A stretch of DNA of 51,588 nucleotides from Candidatus Magasanikiibacteriota bacterium (lineage in GTDB: Bacteria > Patescibacteriota > Patescibacteriia > Magasanikbacterales > UBA922): positions 1-51,588 of the forward strand of contig JABIEQ010000017.1 in the NCBI GenBank assembly GCA_018651085.1. Direction: 5' to 3'. The position numbers were made by a program, and so were the translations under genes. The notes under the pieces were generated by a model that was not told the origin of the DNA, made no database searches, and worked only from the letters and a program-made list of their open reading frames with translations. How positions within the stretch are numbered: the stretch's first letter is position 1; every line of letters starts with the position of its first letter. Of this stretch, positions 44,717 to 51,588 are shown in pieces.

Positions 44717-45892
44717 CTATAACCTAATCGATTTATTGATATCTACAATAACATGGTGTTCTTCGTTACTTAATCCCTCTTGATTATTTAGTACTTCTTT
44801 TAATGTTATTCCTTCGTGTAATGCCTGTGAAATACTTTCTTGATACGCACTATAAAGTGGGCTTCTTTCCCATGCAAGCACTCCTTTTACTAAAAGAAGG
44901 AATGATTCTTTTTTTAGAGTATCAAATTTTGATAGTATCATTTTTTTGCTTGCTTGTGGTGTTGTTCCTAATCTTCTGAAATCTTTTAGTGTAATGTGCC
45001 CTAATTCATCAATTGGCCCAATACTTGCCTTTTCTCTTGGTTGCGGTTTGGGTGGCCTAATGTCATGCATCATTGGTTTAATATCAATCGCTGGAATCAC
45101 AAAAGCATGATCTTTTCTGTTTGGGATAAGTTTTTGAACTTGTGGAGTGGATTTTTTGGGAGTTGGAGTTGCCTTTTTAGGTGATTTTTTTTTAAAGGCT
45201 TCCTCTGGTACCTGAAGTTCACTATGGATGGCACTAATGACCTTTACCGCGTCCTCTTTTGTAAGGCCGACTCCCCCATGGGTGATATCTTCTGTAAGAT
45301 ACTCTTTAATTTGCTCGTCACTTCTTATCTCTTTTATCCTTGACTCGATCAGAGAACCTAATCGACTCACAACACTTTTATCGACTGAAATAGATATGGT
45401 CTTAAGCACTTTATTTACCTGATCTTGCCTTCCTGACACCGCTCCCTTTCCTTTTTCTATGTCTACCTCTTTATGAAAAGTATCATCTAATAATGATTTA
45501 TGATCATCTTCGCCCCAATGAGTATCTTTTGCGGCTGCTTGTTCTTCAAACACCTCAGTGTTTGGTGTGGTTGTACTTATTGCAGTTGAGGCACTTTTTG
45601 TAAGTGCTACTGGTTGAAGTATCACTAATGCTTTCTTTTCAATAGGCTCTTTTGTCTTTTGTGGCGGCACTGAGAATGAAGCAACTGGAGCTCCGGCTTG
45701 TTCTTCATGATGGGTATGTATTGCCCTGTTTTGAGGTAAGAGGTCTTCTTCTTTTTCTTCTTTTTTCACTGCTTTATATGACGCAAATTCAGCCATGGTC
45801 ATACGCACCATGGATCCATCTTTTTTCTTTACAGGAATTGTTCGTTCATGTGCTTTTACCATACAAATTAGTTCAAGAGGTCTTGATTCCAT
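44717..45892 (-). CDS. Hypothetical protein (391 aa; an alternative ATG at 45862 removes the overlap)
   Basis: This is a soluble, partly low-complexity (Pro/Lys/Thr-rich) ORF inside the T4SS-like operon. I recognise no family. Confidence 0.5.
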   Translation of the reverse strand: MESRPLELICMVKAHERTIPVKKKDGSMVRMTMAEFASYKAVKKEEKEEDLLPQNRAIHTHHEEQAGAPVASFSVPPQKTKEPIEKKALVILQPVALTKSASTAISTTTPNTEVFEEQAAAKDTHWGEDDHKSLLDDTFHKEVDIEKGKGAVSGRQDQVNKVLKTISISVDKSVVSRLGSLIESRIKEIRSDEQIKEYLTEDITHGGVGLTKEDAVKVISAIHSELQVPEEAFKKKSPKKATPTPKKSTPQVQKLIPNRKDHAFVIPAIDIKPMMHDIRPPKPQPREKASIGPIDELGHITLKDFRRLGTTPQASKKMILSKFDTLKKESFLLLVKGVLAWERSPLYSAYQESISQALHEGITLKEVLNNQEGLSNEEHHVIVDINKSIRL

Positions 45893-46920
45893 ACAAATCC
45901 ACCTTTTTCTTCGTCAAAATAATACAAATCCCGAATTGCATCGTTGTTATATTGTTCTGCAAGCTCATCAAGATGAGAAAGCACTTCTTCTAACATATTA
46001 ATGCCGGGCTGTTTTGTCTTGAAAAATCGTTCTTCTATACTTGCTCGAATTTCTTTCATTGATGGGGCTTGTTGTGGTGCTTTTACTTCTTCTATGACAT
46101 TAATTGGTATTTTTTTAGTAACCGCTTGAGCTTCTTTTTGTTCTTCTTTTGTATTATTTGGAATATCTTGTTCTTCAGATTCCTCAAACAAAGAAAGCTT
46201 TGGATCTCCAAATATCACATCTTCATCAATGTGCGTTAGTAAAAATGGACCTTGTAATGTTTCAAGGTATTCATCTATAACAACCTCAATATCTCCATCT
46301 TCATAAAAAAACTTCAATAATTCAAGAAAGGCAACAACATTTTGTGTCTGTTTTTTTTCTTCTACAAATACGAGTTCTTGATCCTTGTGATATAGCCACC
46401 CTTCTATATGTGCATAGATATTTGCAAGCTCAATATTTGTTTTATTTTTTTTCGTCGCATACTGTTTTGCAATTTCAGAAATTGTTGGACTGTTTTCTAT
46501 TGTTGGATTTATCCGTACTGATCGTTTGAGAAATTCACTTTTGAGTTTATTAAAGTATGTATGAAGATCAGGGAGACTAATGCTATGCCTGTGAAGATAA
46601 CTCAGAAGATATTCTTCAACAGGGATGTCTAGCATGAATGCGGTTGGTAATTGATAGGTAAAAATATCAATAAATTCTTCCTTATCGTGCCAAAGTACTG
46701 TTTTCCATGAGATAGATACATACCATTTCCAATAAGAATCAAAATAGGTGGCAATTACTTTTGGATCAAATGATTTTGATACAAAAAAATGATGAAGAGC
46801 CACGAATATGCCTTCGATACTTCCCTCTGGATCATGAAAAAGAATAGATAGTTTTCTACTATACTCTTCTTTTTGATCTTCGGTGAGATCCTTAGGTTGT
46901 GTGAACATGGTGATGTCCAT
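45868..46920 (-). CDS. Hypothetical protein (350 aa, acidic, soluble)
   Basis: The ORF lies 8 nt downstream of the giant VirB6-like gene on the same strand. I recognise no family. Confidence 0.55.
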   Translation of the reverse strand: MDITMFTQPKDLTEDQKEEYSRKLSILFHDPEGSIEGIFVALHHFFVSKSFDPKVIATYFDSYWKWYVSISWKTVLWHDKEEFIDIFTYQLPTAFMLDIPVEEYLLSYLHRHSISLPDLHTYFNKLKSEFLKRSVRINPTIENSPTISEIAKQYATKKNKTNIELANIYAHIEGWLYHKDQELVFVEEKKQTQNVVAFLELLKFFYEDGDIEVVIDEYLETLQGPFLLTHIDEDVIFGDPKLSLFEESEEQDIPNNTKEEQKEAQAVTKKIPINVIEEVKAPQQAPSMKEIRASIEERFFKTKQPGINMLEEVLSHLDELAEQYNNDAIRDLYYFDEEKGGFVWNQDLLN

Positions 46921-46928
46921 ACGTCTTC

Positions 46929-49900
46929 TTATTTAAATTTGTTCTTTAACTCTGCCCAAATTTGACTTCTTGGGGATGATTTACCACCAGGGCTAGTAGG
47001 TGGATCATAAAAGTTTAGTGTACTTTCATCTACCCCTAAGGTATTCATGATTTCTAATATAGCACTTACAATATTATCTTTTTGTGCAGGTGATGTTGAT
47101 CTATTAAAATCACGTTCCCAAATACTTATTGCCTCTCCCCAAAAATCTTTTATTTCTGTTTGTTCATCTGTTAATACAAATTTATTTTTACTTTTGTCAT
47201 ATGTTGACTTGTCGAATGTTCCTCCACTTAAAAAGTTAAATACTGAACCATCTTCTTTTGTTACCGCTTTTTTTCCACGAAGTTGTGTTATTCCAAGTGC
47301 AGCAGCTCTTACTTGATCATTATGAAATCCCGTTGATAACTTTGAACCGTCTTTTTTTGTCTTTGTTTTTACAAATGTACGACCATCTCCACTACTTGAA
47401 AAGGTATGATTAACTAATGCTTCTGAAGTTTGAGAGTTGTGACGACTTATCATTCCGTCTGTGTCTCCACCTGTCCCTAACCGGTTTTCTCCACCAAGTC
47501 CAGCTTGGGCAATATTGGCAAACCCTACTTTTCTATCTCCAAATTCATCAATCTGATCCCCAAATTGTGCATAAAACTGCCACTGCCCGTCTGATGCAGC
47601 TTTTGACGATGATGTAAGGAGATTTCTAAACAATAATCCAGATTTATCTTCCTTAAGATCTTTTCGTAATTTTTCTTGAATTTTTCCTGCATCTTCTGCA
47701 CTATCAAAGCTCTTATAGTCCTCTCCTGAAGCTAATCCAAGTAATACTTTATGAAGTTCTTTTGGATCATTTAACTCGTGTTCTTTAAAGGTGTCATTAA
47801 AACTGGCAAGATATTCTCCAAGGAAATTTCCATAGCCTCTTGCAATGGCACTTGCCATAGAACGCATTTGATTTTGTCTTGCGTTTTTAAGGTCAGTTTC
47901 TTCTTGTTGAGTAATTGAGCCATCACTTTCCTTCACTTTTAAATTTTTAATATCACTATAATGAGATTTTATATCACGAAATAACTGCGGAAAATCTTTT
48001 AATGCATATTCTTCAAGTTCTTCTTTATATTGTGAATTTTCCCATTCCCGGAGTTTTCTTTCACCTTTATTTTCTTCTATCCGTAGAATATCTCCAACTT
48101 GCCTTGTTAACCGTTCTGTTTCTGATTTTTGTTTCCCTGTTTTTTGTCCTCCACGACCAGCAGCTTCAAATGCTTCAAAGTAATTCAACCCCTTTATAGC
48201 TTCCAGTCTTACTTTTACCCTGTCTGCTTTCGTCAGACCTTCTGTTGCTTTTTTTCGTGCTTTTTTTAGCCCTCTTTTTTGTGCTCTTTTTGCATTTATC
48301 TCCCTGTTGGCAACTCTTTCTGAATTATTTTCAACATACTCAATAGCTTGTGCTCGTGCATCAGCTTCACTTATATCACTTGCACTTGTAAGTGATGCTA
48401 CCCGTTCATCAATAAACTCACGGGTAAACCCATCAAAGGTCTTTTCATATTTTCCACCTGCTTTGAAAGCTGCAACTTTTTTATCTATATCATCACTAAT
48501 TTCTTTATTATCTTCTGATTTTGTTGTATTTACTCTCGCCACATGTTCTATAGCAGCCACTCTCGTATTTTTTTTCACCTCTACTATAATTTTTTGTCTT
48601 GCGTTCTCTTTCTCAATAATTTTTTCTTTATCAGTATACTCGTCAAACTCACCATCTTCTTCTAAGATTTGCACACGATCATTAAGATACTGCCCAAGCT
48701 CACTGAGGTCTGTTATATCTCCCCCACCATCATGTATAGCAATAGACCCTGCAAAAGAGATTTCATTCAATTCAATCATTTGCCTTGTATCTTTAATCAG
48801 AGATTCTCTTGCTAATTCACCTGCTTGTCCTTTTACATGTTCTATCGCTATTTTTTCTTTCTCTGCATCTTTTAATTTACTTCCATCGGCACCATTAACT
48901 AAAACCTCACCTTTATTAATTTGATCTATATGACCCAGCACGGCATTTTCCACGTCCTGGTCAAGAAATGCTCCCTTGTCAAGCTCTGCTATGATCTTTT
49001 TCTCTCTCTTTTTTATGTCCCCTTTTCCTATTAAGTTTTTCGCTAATCCTTTATCACTTGTTATATCTTCTTCTGAAATATCTAAAAGTGTATCATCATC
49101 TTTTAGTATTTTTTCAGCACGTTCTTTTAATAGCTCAGTCATTCCTTCCTTATACCTTTTACCAAATTCTCCTCTTTGACTTAAGAGCTTTTGTAATTTC
49201 TTTTGATAAAATACTTTATCTTCATAACCACTTGTTTTTTCTTCAGCAAGTCTTGCATCTTCTTTTACTGTTTCAGCCTCGCTTAATTCTTTAAAGTGTT
49301 TTGCTTCTCCACTTCTAAATCCAGGACTTTCTGCTACTTGACTTTCTACTTTCTTTCGTAGTGCTTTTTCTTGTTTTGCAGTAAGTCTGGTACCATCAGC
49401 TTCTAGTTTATTTTTCTCTTTTGAAACTCTATCATCTACCCTATCACTGTAATCTGACAAAATTCGTAGTTTTAATTCTGCTTCACTCTTTTTCTCTGCC
49501 CCATCTTTTACTTCTTTTGCAGCTTTTCTTCTAATAGCTTCTCTTGCAATACCTTCATCACTATTAAAAGCTTTAGCTGATCCCTCGTGCTTATACCTCT
49601 TTGATTGATCGTCAATACTTGTTTGAATTTCTTCAATTTCTCCCTTTCGTCTATCTCCTGATTGGAAAAGCCTTCCGGCATAAGGAGTATTCCTTAACCC
49701 TCTATATGCTTGAAGGGCACCTTTATGTACTTGGTGCTTAAGGGCATTATACCCACTAAGTTTTTTAGCAACTGGTAAAATTGCTTTTCCAACTACAGCT
49801 TTAGTTCCTTTTTTCCCAAGTTCATAGGCTCCCCTTCCAACCACGTACCCAGATCCAATGGCAGCAACGTATTTTCCAAACTTGGTAACGTTACTAAGAA

Positions 49901-51050
49901 GACTTCCACCTTTTACTCCGAGTTTTTGTACTCGCTCTATTCCCATTAACAAAAAGGCTATAGCAATAGCAAGATTAGCCATGTTTTCCCATGTAGTTCC
50001 CGCTGACAGACTTGCTGTGGGGCTTTGTATTACAGCCCCATTATTTAGGCCTGTTACCACTGTTCCTGCTGCGGCTTGTTCTGCACTTGTGGGATCAATT
50101 TGTAATTCTTGCGCAATGGTCCCTGATCCAAACGAGGCAAACGCCAACCACAAGAAAAAGACCATCATTGGGGCTAAAATAACGTGATTGATAAACTCTT
50201 TCCAATATTCTTGAGCGTATGATTTTGTTTGCGGTAGAATCTGTAAAATGTAGGCAAACGGTGAAATAATAATAAGTGTCCAAAGGACTACCATCCGAAT
50301 AAGTAATAATAGAAAGTATACACCTATGGTAATAAGGACTAAGGCTGAAAACATCATGATCATGAAAGATGCCACAAATAGATCAAGCCGTAACCCTTGC
50401 CCTGCGAGTTGTTCTGGCGGAATGGTGTTTGTGATCTTATACAAATCATCTAACCCAAACATGTTGATGATGTTTCCACCAGCAGTTGAGGCAATAGCAT
50501 TTAAAAATGTAATTGTTACCACGTGCGCTGCATCAATAATGATTTGCGCAATGAGTTTACTAAAGTTGATAAGAATGGCTGCAATAACAAGCTTCCCAAG
50601 TGCCTTTTTCCATTCGTATTGTTCAAGTCCTAAGATTGTTCCAAAAGCAATAACGAGTAGTGCTACTACGAAAAACATGTTTGCGAGGTCTCGTATCATG
50701 AACCACCCAATAAGCACTGGTGGCGCATTTGAAAAATCGTTGTATTGTGCGAGCCTAATAAGAAATTCAAGCGCAAACGTTGTGAGCGTAATACATAACT
50801 CCCCAATCGCCAACATGATTTCCGACAATATTCGTATAAACCAATTTGCCGGAGAATTAAACGCTCCAAGATCTACATCTAAACTCCCCCCAGCATCATC
50901 AACGGCAAGGGCAGCATCCCCAAATAAAAATAAACCAATCACAATGCATCCAACAAAAAGCGCACTCAGTAGTAGTGAGCGCTTGTTTGAATTTATCGCA
51001 AACAGCCAGGACGTCAATTGCCTCTTGATTGCTTGGTGCATGGAAACCAA
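46929..51050 (-). CDS. Giant membrane protein: VirB6/TrbL-like polytopic N-domain plus a roughly 950-aa charged extension
   Basis: This is a 1373-aa ORF with a TTG start at 51050 (alternative ATG at 51041). It has a signal/TM segment and at least 6 hydrophobic helices in the first 400 aa or so (for example FFVVALLVIAFGTILGL, LVIAAILINFSKLIAQIIIDAA, MIMMFSALVLITIGVYFLLLLIRMVVLWTLIIISPF). A K/E-rich coiled-coil-like region and a C-terminal globular part follow. Confidence 0.65.
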   Translation of the reverse strand: MVSMHQAIKRQLTSWLFAINSNKRSLLLSALFVGCIVIGLFLFGDAALAVDDAGGSLDVDLGAFNSPANWFIRILSEIMLAIGELCITLTTFALEFLIRLAQYNDFSNAPPVLIGWFMIRDLANMFFVVALLVIAFGTILGLEQYEWKKALGKLVIAAILINFSKLIAQIIIDAAHVVTITFLNAIASTAGGNIINMFGLDDLYKITNTIPPEQLAGQGLRLDLFVASFMIMMFSALVLITIGVYFLLLLIRMVVLWTLIIISPFAYILQILPQTKSYAQEYWKEFINHVILAPMMVFFLWLAFASFGSGTIAQELQIDPTSAEQAAAGTVVTGLNNGAVIQSPTASLSAGTTWENMANLAIAIAFLLMGIERVQKLGVKGGSLLSNVTKFGKYVAAIGSGYVVGRGAYELGKKGTKAVVGKAILPVAKKLSGYNALKHQVHKGALQAYRGLRNTPYAGRLFQSGDRRKGEIEEIQTSIDDQSKRYKHEGSAKAFNSDEGIAREAIRRKAAKEVKDGAEKKSEAELKLRILSDYSDRVDDRVSKEKNKLEADGTRLTAKQEKALRKKVESQVAESPGFRSGEAKHFKELSEAETVKEDARLAEEKTSGYEDKVFYQKKLQKLLSQRGEFGKRYKEGMTELLKERAEKILKDDDTLLDISEEDITSDKGLAKNLIGKGDIKKREKKIIAELDKGAFLDQDVENAVLGHIDQINKGEVLVNGADGSKLKDAEKEKIAIEHVKGQAGELARESLIKDTRQMIELNEISFAGSIAIHDGGGDITDLSELGQYLNDRVQILEEDGEFDEYTDKEKIIEKENARQKIIVEVKKNTRVAAIEHVARVNTTKSEDNKEISDDIDKKVAAFKAGGKYEKTFDGFTREFIDERVASLTSASDISEADARAQAIEYVENNSERVANREINAKRAQKRGLKKARKKATEGLTKADRVKVRLEAIKGLNYFEAFEAAGRGGQKTGKQKSETERLTRQVGDILRIEENKGERKLREWENSQYKEELEEYALKDFPQLFRDIKSHYSDIKNLKVKESDGSITQQEETDLKNARQNQMRSMASAIARGYGNFLGEYLASFNDTFKEHELNDPKELHKVLLGLASGEDYKSFDSAEDAGKIQEKLRKDLKEDKSGLLFRNLLTSSSKAASDGQWQFYAQFGDQIDEFGDRKVGFANIAQAGLGGENRLGTGGDTDGMISRHNSQTSEALVNHTFSSSGDGRTFVKTKTKKDGSKLSTGFHNDQVRAAALGITQLRGKKAVTKEDGSVFNFLSGGTFDKSTYDKSKNKFVLTDEQTEIKDFWGEAISIWERDFNRSTSPAQKDNIVSAILEIMNTLGVDESTLNFYDPPTSPGGKSSPRSQIWAELKNKFK

Positions 51051-51074
51051 ACATTGTGTTTATATAATAGTCAC

Positions 51075-51083
51075 AGTATAGCA
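51075..51083 (-). promoter_or_regulatory. Candidate extended -10 promoter element for the T4SS-like operon
   Basis: On the minus strand TGcTATACT lies about 25 nt upstream of the TTG start. There is no good -35. Confidence 0.3.
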
Positions 51084-51177
51084 TATTTTGTGGTATCAAG
51101 AAACTATTTTTTGATCCCATCCACAATGCCCCTGAATTAAACAAATTGTTTAATTTGTGCTTATTTTAGCGAGTTAT

Positions 51178-51206
51178 TTGACATAGTAATTTACGATTGC
51201 TAGCAT
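51178..51206 (+). promoter_or_regulatory. Candidate sigma70 promoter for the divergent plus-strand gene
   Basis: TTGACA is at 51178-51183, the spacer is 17 nt, and TAGCAT is at 51201-51206. Confidence 0.3.
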
Positions 51207-51315
51207 ACCAATATTGCTTCATATCTTGGAGGGGCATAGAGCTATTTTTTTAATATAGCTATCGATATGACTATTCTTCTTTTTTCTCACCTTTAGTCTG
51301 TTTTACTGCATTTAT

Positions 51316-51588
51316 ATGATAAAACAGACACTTCTTACATTTCTTTTGGTGGTATTTACTCTTACCCCCTCTATGACAGCTCTGGCACAGAGCTCCTCTT
51401 TGGCTATCCCTTCAAGCACAGCGCCTCTTGAAATTTTAGAAGAAGAGCCTTCTTTTGCACATTTAACCTATCCTCTTCTCATGCAAAGAGTTCTTGAAGG
51501 AAGTACTCCTCTTGATCCTTCTCTATCTTCCAGTGAACTTGGTGCAGATTTTGTTTCTTTTATTGATCAAGAAGAAGAACGACTTCAG
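51316..51588 (+). CDS. Hypothetical secreted protein, N-terminal fragment (runs off the window)
   Basis: The ATG at 51316 opens a frame that stays open to the window end (91 codons). It has a signal-peptide-like N-terminus, MIKQTLLTFLLVVFTLTPSMTALAQS. It is absent from the ORF track because no stop lies in the window. Confidence 0.4.
   Translation, partial: MIKQTLLTFLLVVFTLTPSMTALAQSSSLAIPSSTAPLEILEEEPSFAHLTYPLLMQRVLEGSTPLDPSLSSSELGADFVSFIDQEEERLQ

Noticed and set aside
48307-51081. Long plus-strand ORFs (205 aa at 48307-48924; 251 aa at 50326-51081; several 60-110 aa) antisense to the giant VirB6-like gene
   Set aside because: They are by-products of the AAR/GAR-rich sense codons, which leave few stop codons on the antisense strand. 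They are fragmented and low complexity, and they conflict with a continuous 1373-codon frame.
1-51588. CRISPR arrays, transposases/IS elements, prophage genes, and UGA recoding (code 4/25)
   Set aside because: I saw no regularly spaced direct repeats and no transposase, integrase or phage-like ORFs. TGA functions as a stop (for example the ATGA overlap at 14505-14508), and long conserved genes read through without needing recoding.

Overview
This is a 51.6-kb, visibly AT-rich, tightly packed bacterial chromosome segment. It uses the standard genetic code: TAA, TAG and TGA all end long ORFs. I call about 45 protein genes, one tRNA-Arg(GCG), and two to four unannotated small structured RNAs. 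The RNAs show up as GC-rich, ORF-free islands behind near-consensus sigma70 promoters. Housekeeping genes are clpP (3' end), an rseP-pheS-pheT operon, lemA, htpX, a phosphohexomutase, clpC, radA, recG, an LCP transferase, der, pth, a folC-like ligase, topA and a short rel/spoT homologue. The rest of the repertoire includes VanW, LCP, a membrane-fused spermidine-synthase-like protein, PrgI/VirB4/VirB6-type secretion genes, pilin-like two-helix modules and many orphan proteins. Most start codons have no Shine-Dalgarno motif upstream. Together this suggests a reduced-genome Patescibacteria/CPR-like organism with a Gram-positive-type envelope; that is inference, not proof. No transposase, integrase, CRISPR array or rRNA is present. 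The four most interesting items are listed here. (1) A seven-gene type-IV-secretion-like operon (41121-51050, minus strand) has a 1373-aa VirB6-like giant protein, VirB4, a PrgI/VirB3-like protein and four unknown proteins, but no relaxase or coupling protein. (2) Two adjacent secreted enzymes (22429-25754) share a conserved two-helix pilin-like membrane module fused to esterase, cysteine-peptidase and lytic-transglycosylase domains, apparently co-transcribed with TolB-like, DsbA-like and radA genes. (3) A roughly 310-365 nt highly structured GC-rich RNA lies at 27095-27460 (minus); it is RNase P RNA-like but unconfirmed. (4) Further promoter-plus-terminator-bounded RNA candidates lie at 194-392 and 39256-39478. 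All family assignments come from motif recognition by eye and need HMM or covariance-model confirmation.
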